Source: Bacilli bacterium
GTDB lineage: Bacteria; Bacillota_I; Bacilli_A; RF39; UBA660
NCBI GenBank assembly: GCA_045613165.1
Contig: JAZLAK010000018.1
Span: 1 to 48,743, forward strand
Length of the DNA: 48,743 nucleotides
Direction of reading: 5' to 3'
The notes under the pieces were generated by a model. It ran no database searches. It worked only from the letters and a program-made list of their open reading frames with translations, and was not told where the DNA came from. Both the position numbers and the translations under genes were made by a program. Of this stretch, positions 30,323 through 40,278 are shown piece by piece. The first letter of the stretch is position 1, and every line of letters starts with the position of its first letter.

Positions 30323-31996
30323 TTATGAACAATTTTTTTGATAATAATTTTCCATATCCACTATTTTATACCCATTAAGTCCACTAGAACTTCTCTCAGA
30401 AAATATAACTCCATAAGCTGTTCCTTTCGCTTCCGCAACCAACAATTTATCTCCTCTATTTTCTAATATCAAAACTACATGAGAATTACTTGCAGCAATA
30501 TCACCAACTTTTGCTTCGTTAATCGAAATAGAAGAACCATAATTTTTAAAATCATCAGCTAAAATAGGATAAAAATTCTTACATCCTCCATTATATAATG
30601 CCCACGATACAAAGCCACTGCAATCTAAACCAGATGGCTGCCTTGAAAAACTAGTAGAATGACCCCCTGCACCTACATATTCATAACTACCCCAATTACC
30701 ATTTGCTCCAGTTGAAATAGTGCCGTGTCCACCACCCCAAAAATATGGAATAATTATATTTTTATCTAATAAAGATTGAATTAAAGTGGTTGCAGCAGTA
30801 GCTGGAGCAAGCCCTGTTCCATACCCTACAGCATCTACATTATTTTTTATATTTTCATTTAAAGAATTCAATTCACTTTCTCCTAAAATTGAAATTAAAG
30901 TTTTTCCACCAGACATTATTTGACCATTACCACCATCCAATAAGTCATCACTTATATCTCCTATGCTTCCACTTGAGCCACACATTATTTTACCCGAACT
31001 ACTTATATTAGAAGTTACTATTCCATTTAAAGTTTTATATGTTTCACTATCATAATGTAATCCGTCACTAGTTCCTATATTACTTAAACTACTATAACTA
31101 TCAATATAATTATTAGAAAAATTATCAGCTAATTTTTTATTAAATGCTTCTATATCAGCATTAGTAACCGTATATCCATTAGCAACAGTTTTTGACTCAT
31201 CAACAGGATTAACAGATAAAATATAAAAATTATTATTAGGATATTTAGCAATTAAAGACTTATAAGCTGTAATATAATTATCAATATTATATAAATCATT
31301 TACGCCTAAACCTAAAACTATAACAGCATTAGTTTTTTCTTGTAATTTAGATTCAATATTAGGTAAAGCAGTACTATTAAACCATTCATAACCTTTTCCA
31401 ACCTCAGCTATATAATTCACATTTTCATTTTCAATCGAAGACTGCATACCAACAGTTCTAGAATCACCAACATATAATAGTCTATTCTCGACTTCTTCAG
31501 CACTACATTTTCTACTACCTGCACTAGAACCACTAATACTTGTACCATTAGTAAGTGATAAATTATGAACATCATCTTGAGCAAATACTGTATAAACCAT
31601 TAACAATAATAATAAACATGCACCGCCACCTACAATTAATTTTATTTTTAAACCAGTAGGTATTCTGTTCCATAATCTCTTTGAAAAATTCCCATCTCCA
31701 AAAAATAAACTTGAACTTTTCTTATTACCAAAACCAAAAACCTTTGATAAAGGTGATGAATTATTTATAAACTTATCTTTATTACTAGCCATAACTTCTT
31801 GTTCACTCATATTATGATTTTTAATAGCATTATTAACTCTATTTAAACCATTACCAACTATTTTGGAACTTTTATTAATAGCTGTACTTGCAATTTTAGC
31901 AGATGGATGTGGAATCCTTCCAATAGCATTTCCAATTTTTTTTACACTATCTACTGTATTAGAATTTACTTTATATTTTTCCATCGCATCCACCAC
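30323..31996 (-). CDS. membrane-anchored bifunctional cell-wall hydrolase: SGNH/GDSL esterase domain plus NlpC/P60 endopeptidase domain
   Basis: TM helix near residue 120. SGNH blocks LLYVGDSRT, GLGVND and DGLHY. NlpC/P60 catalytic GLDCSGFVSWAL and downstream SHVVLI. Confidence 0.75.
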   Translation of the reverse strand: MVDAMEKYKVNSNTVDSVKKIGNAIGRIPHPSAKIASTAINKSSKIVGNGLNRVNNAIKNHNMSEQEVMASNKDKFINNSSPLSKVFGFGNKKSSSLFFGDGNFSKRLWNRIPTGLKIKLIVGGGACLLLLLMVYTVFAQDDVHNLSLTNGTSISGSSAGSRKCSAEEVENRLLYVGDSRTVGMQSSIENENVNYIAEVGKGYEWFNSTALPNIESKLQEKTNAVIVLGLGVNDLYNIDNYITAYKSLIAKYPNNNFYILSVNPVDESKTVANGYTVTNADIEAFNKKLADNFSNNYIDSYSSLSNIGTSDGLHYDSETYKTLNGIVTSNISSSGKIMCGSSGSIGDISDDLLDGGNGQIMSGGKTLISILGESELNSLNENIKNNVDAVGYGTGLAPATAATTLIQSLLDKNIIIPYFWGGGHGTISTGANGNWGSYEYVGAGGHSTSFSRQPSGLDCSGFVSWALYNGGCKNFYPILADDFKNYGSSISINEAKVGDIAASNSHVVLILENRGDKLLVAEAKGTAYGVIFSERSSSGLNGYKIVDMENYYQKNCS

Positions 31997-32008
31997 CTAA
32001 CTACTTTT

Positions 32009-32503
32009 TTATTTTATAACAACAGTATATTCATCTAAATAAACTTCATAGTTCATAATAGACTTTTCTCTTATTATATACTGATTACCACTTTTATCAT
32101 ATATATTAAATACTTTATCTCCACTCATACTACTTACACTATATTTATCAACTTCCATTGAATAAGTTGATATACTAATAGAATTATTTACATATTCTTT
32201 ATATTTATCTAAACTTCCAAATCTTTTATCTCTATATTCCTTATTTAAACTATTATAAGCAACTTCTTCATCATTTAACATATTATTTTTATAATCATTA
32301 AGATATTTTTTTACCATATCTTCTTCTGTAACGTATACAGGAACATACTCATTACTGCTATAATTCTTTAAATAAGTATAATCTTCAATAGTATCATTTA
32401 AAATATCTTTATCATTTATTGTAAACAAATAAATAATAAAAGTAACCAATAATAAACCAATACAAATAAATATAATTTTTTTATTTTTTAATATATTTTC
32501 CAT
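32009..32503 (-). CDS. bitopic membrane protein, unknown function (possible VirB8-like scaffold)
   Basis: One N-terminal TM helix plus a ~130 aa extracytoplasmic domain. Shares 1 nt with the upstream gene. Confidence 0.3.
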   Translation of the reverse strand: MENILKNKKIIFICIGLLLVTFIIYLFTINDKDILNDTIEDYTYLKNYSSNEYVPVYVTEEDMVKKYLNDYKNNMLNDEEVAYNSLNKEYRDKRFGSLDKYKEYVNNSISISTYSMEVDKYSVSSMSGDKVFNIYDKSGNQYIIREKSIMNYEVYLDEYTVVIK

Positions 32504-33009
32504 TATTTTACCTCCTTAAACATTTCACCATCATAAGGAGTTACACTAAATAATTGATTTTCTAAATCTAAATTAACTATTAAATAATAGTCTTTTCTAT
32601 TTCCTATACCATCTATTGTTTCTTCAATTAAATAGCCATAAACAAAATATTTAATTACTTTTTCATTACCAACTTGATAATATATTTTTTTAGATTTAAA
32701 ACTATAATTACCACTTAATTTATTAACAAAATTATAAACATTATTAGTATCAATATTATTATTTTTTTTATATTCTTCATCTAATATTTTAATTAATTCA
32801 TCTGTTTTGTTTCCACTTAAATATGTAATATACTTGTAAACACAAGAATTTACAGTGAAAAACCTAGAATAATCTTCTACCAATCTATACTTAGGTTTTT
32901 CATTCAATACAACATCTTTATCATCATTATTTAAAAATAATAATGCAACTATACATAATAAAATAATACTAATAATTATTAATAAAGTATAATCTTTCTT
33001 TTCTTTCAT
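32503..33009 (-). CDS. bitopic membrane protein, unknown function (possible VirB8/TcpC-like NTF2-fold scaffold)
   Basis: One N-terminal TM helix plus a ~130 aa alpha+beta domain (helix-rich then strand-rich, ...KYFVYGYLIEE...YYLIVNLD...FSVTPY). Confidence 0.3.
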   Translation of the reverse strand: MKEKKDYTLLIIISIILLCIVALLFLNNDDKDVVLNEKPKYRLVEDYSRFFTVNSCVYKYITYLSGNKTDELIKILDEEYKKNNNIDTNNVYNFVNKLSGNYSFKSKKIYYQVGNEKVIKYFVYGYLIEETIDGIGNRKDYYLIVNLDLENQLFSVTPYDGEMFKEVK

Positions 33010-33024
33010 TAAATATCAACCCCA

Positions 33025-35103
33025 TTATCCGTAAACATTCATATTATAAGTACCGTTTACAAACAAATCACATTCTGCTATTCTTCTTTTCTTTAAACCT
33101 TCTAAATAAGTACCTGAAGAATCACGTAATGCCTTTTGTTCCCACCAATTTGTACATAAAGCATCAGTTGAACTATATTTAGCATATGCATCAAAGAAAC
33201 CATTTATATTACCACAGTTAAATTGTAAACTTGCTAATGCACCAATTTGATTTTCACTTAAAGTAATACCTTTTGTAGATAGCATTCCCCTTATATTATT
33301 TAATCTTCCTTCAACATCTTCATAATATATTGAGTCAACTATTGCCTTAGGAACTAAACTTCCAACAGATAAAGTATCAGGATTTATACCATGTGCTCTA
33401 AATGCATCTGCATTATATTTTAATGTAATACCATGACCTACAGTAGGAATATCACCTTTATTTTGATAAACTTTATAATATTCACCTTCAACAGGACCAG
33501 TACCTTCCATATAGCCTATCCATTCTAACAATTGACTACCTGCACCACTAGGTCTAGGATTGTCAGCAGAAACAAAATTTAAAGGATCTTGAGTTGATGA
33601 TAAATCATTACCTCCAACTCTTACTTCAAAATGTAAATGTGCTCCTGTTGAGCTTCCACTATTTCCTACTTTACCAATTACTTGACCTCTTTTTACACTA
33701 TCTCCCATTTCAACATTAATACTATCTTTAGATAAATGTGCATATACAGTATAATTATTATCAACATGTTGAATAATAACGTAGTTTCCATATCCACCAC
33801 CACATGATTTATCTCCACCATCATTACAACTAACTCCATCACTTTTGGTAGATTTTATAACTACACCATCTTTACTAGCTATTACATTAGTAATTCCTTG
33901 ATCACCGGGAATATCAATTCCATTGTGCTTAGAATTTGGTTTACCAGTTACTGGATGAGTTCTAAAACCATATTTACTAGAAATAGATGTTTTTGCTGGA
34001 TCGCCCATTGCCATTATAGAACCACCTGACTCAGTAGTTTCATTACTTCCTATAGGCCACCAATAAAGATTGGAATTAGCACTATTAAAAGATTCTGAAA
34101 CTTTAGAAAAATTATCTAAACCATACATTTCTAATACACTTTTTATTCCTGCAATAATTCTCTTTCTAGCTTTAATAATATCATCTTTATGTTTTTCTAA
34201 TAACTCAGGATCACTTTCAGTAGCTTTATAAAAATCTTCCATACTTTTATATCCACTACGTTGCAACACTACATCAAAATAACTTCTTAAATGTTTTTTG
34301 TTATCAAAATAATCACTATTTTCTAAAAAATCATAAAAGAATTCTTCATTAACTTGTTTTTCGCTTGAAGTTTTTAAATAAGGAGATTTATATCCTAACT
34401 CTTTAGCAGCAGCATTACATTTTTTTTCATTTTCAGTTCCTAAAAAAGATAAACCTAAAGAATCAAAAAATGTACCTTTATACTTATCTATCTCAGCAAC
34501 ACATTTGCCATCAAGTACTTTAATAGAAGCTACTGAACAAGCTTGATAAGAATTTCCATTAGAATCAGTATATGTTTGAGGAGATTCATTAGCTTCACCA
34601 TAACAAACAGTACTATAACCAATAAAATTATTTATCAAACTTTTTAGACTATCAGTTTCATTATCAAAATACGATTTTGCTGTAACTCTATCACCATCGT
34701 CACTACCAATAAACTTATTCTTCGTAGTTTCATCTTCATCTATTTTATATGGATTATATTTTTTTTCTTCACTAGGATCAGCAAATGAATCAGCATTTAA
34801 ACCATAAAATACAGTAGCAATAATTATATTATCATTAACATATCCATATTTTTTTTGAACTTGATCTAATATTTCATATAACCTAGTATAGAACTTTTCT
34901 TTAGTTTTTAAAACATCATCAACACATTCTGTATCATCCTCATCACAAGTCGAAGTCCAAAAATTTTTATTTTGCTCTAAAAGTTTATCCCAATCAAAGT
35001 TAGAATATGCAAAACTAGCTGCATAAACACTAACTTTAATAGAAAAAAACGTTATTAAAAGAAAACTTAAAATAAGTAAACTTTTCAATAACTTTTTTTT
35101 CAT
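33025..35103 (-). CDS. secreted bifunctional peptidoglycan hydrolase: M23 metallopeptidase plus GH24 (phage-type) lysozyme
   Basis: Signal peptide. M23 motifs HNGIDI and GSSTGAHLHFEV. The C-terminal EWIGYMEG...IPTVGHGITL...QIGALASLQFNCG...GLKKRRIAE pattern is typical of GH24. Confidence 0.8.
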   Translation of the reverse strand: MKKKLLKSLLILSFLLITFFSIKVSVYAASFAYSNFDWDKLLEQNKNFWTSTCDEDDTECVDDVLKTKEKFYTRLYEILDQVQKKYGYVNDNIIIATVFYGLNADSFADPSEEKKYNPYKIDEDETTKNKFIGSDDGDRVTAKSYFDNETDSLKSLINNFIGYSTVCYGEANESPQTYTDSNGNSYQACSVASIKVLDGKCVAEIDKYKGTFFDSLGLSFLGTENEKKCNAAAKELGYKSPYLKTSSEKQVNEEFFYDFLENSDYFDNKKHLRSYFDVVLQRSGYKSMEDFYKATESDPELLEKHKDDIIKARKRIIAGIKSVLEMYGLDNFSKVSESFNSANSNLYWWPIGSNETTESGGSIMAMGDPAKTSISSKYGFRTHPVTGKPNSKHNGIDIPGDQGITNVIASKDGVVIKSTKSDGVSCNDGGDKSCGGGYGNYVIIQHVDNNYTVYAHLSKDSINVEMGDSVKRGQVIGKVGNSGSSTGAHLHFEVRVGGNDLSSTQDPLNFVSADNPRPSGAGSQLLEWIGYMEGTGPVEGEYYKVYQNKGDIPTVGHGITLKYNADAFRAHGINPDTLSVGSLVPKAIVDSIYYEDVEGRLNNIRGMLSTKGITLSENQIGALASLQFNCGNINGFFDAYAKYSSTDALCTNWWEQKALRDSSGTYLEGLKKRRIAECDLFVNGTYNMNVYG

Positions 35104-35118
35104 TTTATCACCTACCTA

Positions 35119-36921
35119 TTAAAATCCTCCGCCAGAACCAAATGAATCTAATTCTTCTTGAGTAAGGATTACATTAATTCTCATACGTCTACTTCCACAT
35201 ACAAACAATGCCTCTCCTTGACTATAACCTTTAATGCTTTCCTTTTCATTATCATTTAAATCTATTAATCTAGATAAATCTTCAACAGCTTGTTTCTTTA
35301 ATCCCATAACTAAGTAATATGAAGCATTATCAAATATTGCTTTACCATGAACTATTACATTTTCAGCAGCAAAGTCTGTAGGTTGTTGAGTAATTATTAT
35401 AGTACCAGTATTATACTTTCTACTACGTCTTTGCATTTGAGCTAAAAACTCAGCACCTAATTCATTTCTACCGCCTAATAAAACATGAGCTTCATCTACC
35501 ATTAATACTGTATTAACACTAGGATCTAAACATAATCCCCAAGCATACTTTAATATATTAAAGAATAATGCATTTCTAATACTTTCATCACTATTCATTA
35601 ATTCACGAATATTAAATACCATAAAATCACTATCTTGACTTATAGTTGTATGACCATTAAAGTAATATCTTAATTCCTTAACAAAAGGACGAATCTTTAA
35701 TTCTAATCTTTCCATTACATCTTTTTCACGAGTTGCTTCAGGCATAGATAAAAGTTTACCTTTAATAGTACTATATACATCATCAAATGTTGGATAATCT
35801 TTAGATGTAAAACCGCTAAAATCAGTATTAAAATCTATTTTAAAACGTTTATAAGTATCTTGAACAACTTCACTAAACATAGCTAAAACATCTTCTTCAA
35901 TATCAGGACTATAATATTTCAAGAATGCTTTTAAAGATTGTAACGTACGAGTTAATACTGTATATCCTAAACCATTTTTTAATTCTTCTTCATCAGCATC
36001 TACAACTACTTCTAATGGATTTATAATACCAAATTGACCACCCTTACCTAAGTCAATAAAATCTCCTCCAAAAGATTTAGTCATTTCTTCTAACTCACCC
36101 TCTGGGTCAATACAAATTAATTGACAACCATTTCTAATATGAGTTCTTAACATTAACTTAGCAGCAGTTGATTTACCACTACCACTTGTACCTAAAATAA
36201 TTAAGTTAGCATTATTTCTATTAAATTCTTTCTTAGTTTGATATAAGAATTGATTAAATAGAACAACACCACCAGAGAAGTCAACTCCTAATAAAGTTGG
36301 AGCAGTAAATTCTCCTCCTGGGTCTTTTATACTATCAAACACAAATGGATACATTGCAGCAATTGTTGGACTTGGTATTGGAATACCAACTCTCTCTTCA
36401 ATATCTTGTTTAGGGAATATTGGTATCATTGATTTAAGTACTTTTTCTTGTTCAAACATCATAGGAATACCACGCATACCTAGAGCATCTAAATAATTTC
36501 TAGTTTGCATCTTTTTCATTTCTAATTCTTCTTTAGAATCAGCAGATAACATTACATGCATTTGGAAATCAAATATTTTAGATTGAGTAGCTGCTAACAT
36601 AGAAACAAAACTTTCTAAAGATTCATAATCTTGACGAATACTTTCTTGCATTGTTCTATCATTTTCATGTTGATATCTTTCTTTTAAGTCCGCTATCTCT
36701 TTATTAATCATTTTACTCATTGTACTAAATTCAATTGGAATATGTTTAACAACAACTTTAACACCAGGTAAATTAGTAACATTACTTAAAAATCCAGGAC
36801 CAATTAATTTAGGATAATTAATTATTGTTAAAATAGTACAATATTTATCACTTATTACAAAATCATTTAATTTAAAATCTATTCCCTTTGGAGCTATTTC
36901 ACTCTTAAATGTATTAGACAC
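35119..36921 (-). CDS. VirB4-type T4SS ATPase, C-terminal 600 aa part (GTG start)
   Basis: Walker A LGTSGSGKSTAAK and Walker B LMVDEAHVLL. It begins with the middle region of Gram-positive VirB4/TcpF/PrgJ-type proteins, not their N-domain. Confidence 0.85.
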   Translation of the reverse strand: MSNTFKSEIAPKGIDFKLNDFVISDKYCTILTIINYPKLIGPGFLSNVTNLPGVKVVVKHIPIEFSTMSKMINKEIADLKERYQHENDRTMQESIRQDYESLESFVSMLAATQSKIFDFQMHVMLSADSKEELEMKKMQTRNYLDALGMRGIPMMFEQEKVLKSMIPIFPKQDIEERVGIPIPSPTIAAMYPFVFDSIKDPGGEFTAPTLLGVDFSGGVVLFNQFLYQTKKEFNRNNANLIILGTSGSGKSTAAKLMLRTHIRNGCQLICIDPEGELEEMTKSFGGDFIDLGKGGQFGIINPLEVVVDADEEELKNGLGYTVLTRTLQSLKAFLKYYSPDIEEDVLAMFSEVVQDTYKRFKIDFNTDFSGFTSKDYPTFDDVYSTIKGKLLSMPEATREKDVMERLELKIRPFVKELRYYFNGHTTISQDSDFMVFNIRELMNSDESIRNALFFNILKYAWGLCLDPSVNTVLMVDEAHVLLGGRNELGAEFLAQMQRRSRKYNTGTIIITQQPTDFAAENVIVHGKAIFDNASYYLVMGLKKQAVEDLSRLIDLNDNEKESIKGYSQGEALFVCGSRRMRINVILTQEELDSFGSGGGF

Positions 36922-37474
36922 TACTCATCACCGTCCCAAACTCACTCTTCATATTCCCGTTAAAGAAACTATCAATTACTACTCTTAAGTCTTCATCACT
37001 TACTTGTCTAGAATTTAAACCAGATGTAGCAAGATTACTAATTAAAGTATGAATTCTTTTTTGTAATACTTCAGTTTTCTTATCTCTAAACAAAATATAA
37101 TATTCAGTATCTACTGCATTAACAGTTGTATTTCTAAACATTTCACCTTTATCTATATCTTGTTTAATTAATTTTCTTATTTGTTGACTTTGAACATTGT
37201 TATACATTAATTGTAATTGTGCCAAATACATATTTATATCAACAGGTCTATCACAAACAACCAACCAAAATTCATAATCAATTACATTATAAAAATTTCT
37301 TAAATTAAATATAATATTATTTTGTTCTTGATAATCAAGAATAAATATATTTTTAGGTTCTATTCTAACTCCAGTTACATAATAATCATTATCTAACTGT
37401 ATCATACCATTCTTTATAGTTTTAATAGGAACCCAATCTTCCGTATATTTGCTAGTATTATTATTTTTCGCCAC
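36914..37474 (-). CDS. VirB4 N-terminal-domain-like protein (separate 186 aa ORF)
   Basis: DWVPIKTIKNGMIQLDNDYYVTGVRIEPKNIFIL... resembles the N-terminal start of Gram-positive VirB4 homologues. Overlaps the ATPase ORF by 8 nt (GTGTCTAA). Confidence 0.55.
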   Translation of the reverse strand: MAKNNNTSKYTEDWVPIKTIKNGMIQLDNDYYVTGVRIEPKNIFILDYQEQNNIIFNLRNFYNVIDYEFWLVVCDRPVDINMYLAQLQLMYNNVQSQQIRKLIKQDIDKGEMFRNTTVNAVDTEYYILFRDKKTEVLQKRIHTLISNLATSGLNSRQVSDEDLRVVIDSFFNGNMKSEFGTVMSSV

Positions 37475-37775
37475 GATTCATACACCAACCTCTCCAATAA
37501 TGACTTCTTCTATTAGTAAAGTAATTATAAACATTACCTATAAAAGTTCTAATATTATGATGATTTGGTACTGGAAGTACCAAAAAAGCACTTATCAAAG
37601 CAGGAGTAATTATCATAAAAGCCTGCTTTAAATTACTTGTATCCATTATAAATAACAATAAGAATGTTATTACACAACCAGTACCAAATATAACTAAATC
37701 AGTAGGATTAAAGAAGCCAAGTATCAACATAGACTTCTTTGAATTCGCTGGTATCAAATATCCATTTTCACCCAT
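37461..37775 (-). CDS. small two-TM membrane protein, VirB3-like (PrgI/TcpE class)
   Basis: 104 aa with two hydrophobic helices, immediately upstream of and overlapping the VirB4 genes. Confidence 0.5.
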   Translation of the reverse strand: MGENGYLIPANSKKSMLILGFFNPTDLVIFGTGCVITFLLLFIMDTSNLKQAFMIITPALISAFLVLPVPNHHNIRTFIGNVYNYFTNRRSHYWRGWCMNRGEK

Positions 37776-37793
37776 TTTTTATTCCTCCTAATA

Positions 37794-40268
37794 TCATTTT
37801 TTATCTTTTCTTTCTTGCTCTAATTTAGTTTGATGTTTATAAGCTACACTTAATTTATCTGCACTTAATTGACCTTTTAATGCACCAGAAGAACCATTTA
37901 AACCTTCACGAGCTTTTCCAGTAATAGGATCTATAGAACCATCACCTTCCAATAATTTAACAATTAAATCTTCGCTAACTAAATTTCCATTACCATCTAC
38001 AACTTTATTATCTTTTATAGTTAATGAACCAAGTTGATCCATTTGAGCATCACTTAATTGTAATTTCTCTCTTATTATTTCTAATTCTACTGGATCTGAA
38101 TTTAAAGATTGACTAAACTCATATGCAACATAAGCAGCATTTTGAAGATTATTTTTAATTGCATCTACACGCTTTGACTTCATTTGTTGTTCCAATCTAC
38201 TAATAGCATTATCTAAATCAGCACCTGCAGAAATACCGTCATACCCATGACCAGCAGCTTGAGCTGCTTTCATTTCTTTTAAACGTGTATCCATCGCTGT
38301 ATAACCACCACTCTTATACATACTTTCATAATCATCAAAATGACTTATTACATCTTCCTCATATTTAATAGTATCTAATATATCTCGACCACCATCAAAC
38401 CCTGTCCAAGAACCAGCAGCAGCTACAGAATCTCCTATACGACCTTTTATAACTCCTCTTAGATTACCGCCATGCAATGCTTTATATTTAGCTCTTTCTT
38501 TTCTTTTTGCAGTAGTTTCATCAATCGCACGATCAGCATTCATCCCTAAATTATCTAAAGTGCTTCCATAGCCAGCTTTAGCTCCTCTTCGAGCACCTCC
38601 TACTAATCCACCTACAGTGCTACCTATAACACTACCAATACTCTTTCCTTCTCTAATACTTCTAAACATATTACGCGAAGCACTTCCAAATCCTCCTCGA
38701 GCCAGTCCCATTGCTCCCATTGCAAGTTTATTGTCACTAAGTTGTTTCTTAGGACTTTTAAGACTAAAGTTCCCTTTTCCTCCACCGAAGAATTGTTTAA
38801 ATAATTCTGGTGCTTCTAAAGCAAACTGTAATATTCCTAATATAACTACAACTGATGCTAAACCAGATAATAATGAAAAACCTCCAGTAGTTGCAAATAA
38901 ATTAGAAATAACATCTGGAACTAAACTTACTCCAAATAAAGAAAAATATATTATAATTAATCTAATAAATACATCTAAATATGTATTTAATAATTCTTTT
39001 AACCATTTATCAAATATAGCTTCCTTTTGTTTCGGAACAATTCTCATCATTACAGTTATAGGTGATACAATTTGTAAAAATCCTAACTTAGCAACTCGCT
39101 TTCCAATTGCTAAAGTATAACATACAAACATATACAAACCTAAACAACCAGCTATAAATGCTAAAAAATAATTAAATTCAAAAGTATCTTCATCACCTTT
39201 TATTCTATTAATAAATTCCGAATCTTCATTGAATACAGCCATATTTCCAGAATATTTTGCCATATCTACATCATAAACATAAAAAGCACAAATTTTCTTT
39301 TCATCTTCAGTATCTATTTTTCCATTTTGAGTATCATCACTACTTGTATTACCTTCATCAAATGTATAATTACAACTAGAATCATTTCCACAAGTCTTTA
39401 AATAATTAACACATTCATTATAACCAAATTTTGTTGGATGATAAAAAGCTGAAAAAATGGTTGGAGCAACTATTCTTGCTCCTTTTTCCACATCAGGCAA
39501 AGCATTATACAATTGACATGATGCAGATAAATTTGTAGTTACTTGATTGTCGTTATAACCAAACCAAGTTGCTATTTGTTTTATACCACCTACAATAGTA
39601 CCACCTACACAGCCTATAACACCACCAGCTGCTGCTCCTATACCAAGCCCCGCAGCATGACCAATAATATTTCCAACAACCGGAACCGCTGAACCAATTG
39701 TAGTACCTCCTACAGCTCCAACAGTACCACCAATGGCAGCACCGCCAGCACCACCTTTAACACAATAAGTACCAATAGAAACATCTTGTTTTTCAGCATC
39801 AATATGTGTATTTAGCATCTCCATATCAGCATAATCACAATCATCTTCAGAAGTTGAATCTCCTAATATAATTTGTCCAATAATATTACTATTTAATACA
39901 TGATATTGAAACGTATTCATATATTTAAATATTGTTGGCAACAAAATAATTAAAACTAAAGATATTATAGTTTCTTTAACAATTTTTGTAGTTTGACCTG
40001 TACTTTTCTTTTCTTCAGGATTTATAATCATAAGTACAAGATTATACGCAAAAATAAATAGCATCGCTATTCCCATTATTACATACAATCTACCTGTAAT
40101 TTGTTCAAAAACTTCATCACTAAACAAACTAACATTAGCTACAGTAACAAATAATTGATAAATAGTTGAAATTAACCCATATACCATAGAGTTAAGACTT
40201 AACCATATACTCATCCAAGTTTCAGCTACTGCTTCAGTAAAAAAACCACCTAAACTTAATAAACTCAT
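37794..40268 (-). CDS. VirB6/TrbL-like polytopic channel protein with glycine-zipper insert and ~330 aa hydrophilic C-terminal domain
   Basis: 824 aa, multiple TM helices, and a TrbL-like core (LGFLQIVSPITVMMRIVPKQKEAIFDKWLKELLNTYLDVF). Size and tail resemble TcpH/Orf15-type proteins. Confidence 0.65.
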   Translation of the reverse strand: MSLLSLGGFFTEAVAETWMSIWLSLNSMVYGLISTIYQLFVTVANVSLFSDEVFEQITGRLYVIMGIAMLFIFAYNLVLMIINPEEKKSTGQTTKIVKETIISLVLIILLPTIFKYMNTFQYHVLNSNIIGQIILGDSTSEDDCDYADMEMLNTHIDAEKQDVSIGTYCVKGGAGGAAIGGTVGAVGGTTIGSAVPVVGNIIGHAAGLGIGAAAGGVIGCVGGTIVGGIKQIATWFGYNDNQVTTNLSASCQLYNALPDVEKGARIVAPTIFSAFYHPTKFGYNECVNYLKTCGNDSSCNYTFDEGNTSSDDTQNGKIDTEDEKKICAFYVYDVDMAKYSGNMAVFNEDSEFINRIKGDEDTFEFNYFLAFIAGCLGLYMFVCYTLAIGKRVAKLGFLQIVSPITVMMRIVPKQKEAIFDKWLKELLNTYLDVFIRLIIIYFSLFGVSLVPDVISNLFATTGGFSLLSGLASVVVILGILQFALEAPELFKQFFGGGKGNFSLKSPKKQLSDNKLAMGAMGLARGGFGSASRNMFRSIREGKSIGSVIGSTVGGLVGGARRGAKAGYGSTLDNLGMNADRAIDETTAKRKERAKYKALHGGNLRGVIKGRIGDSVAAAGSWTGFDGGRDILDTIKYEEDVISHFDDYESMYKSGGYTAMDTRLKEMKAAQAAGHGYDGISAGADLDNAISRLEQQMKSKRVDAIKNNLQNAAYVAYEFSQSLNSDPVELEIIREKLQLSDAQMDQLGSLTIKDNKVVDGNGNLVSEDLIVKLLEGDGSIDPITGKAREGLNGSSGALKGQLSADKLSVAYKHQTKLEQERKDKK

Positions 40269-40278
40269 TTTGTCACCT

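Noticed and set aside
33025-35103. GH24 lysozyme plus M23 peptidase read as a prophage endolysin, which would imply a prophage
   Set aside because: I found no capsid, terminase, portal, tail or holin-like genes. The gene is embedded between VirB4 and other T4SS components and carries a Sec signal peptide.
37449-39120. Plus-strand ORFs at 37449-37631 and 38617-39120 (167 aa)
   Set aside because: Antisense within the VirB3-like/VirB4-N genes and the VirB6-like gene. The 167 aa product is a Pro/Leu/Ser-rich mirror of the Gly-rich sense frame.
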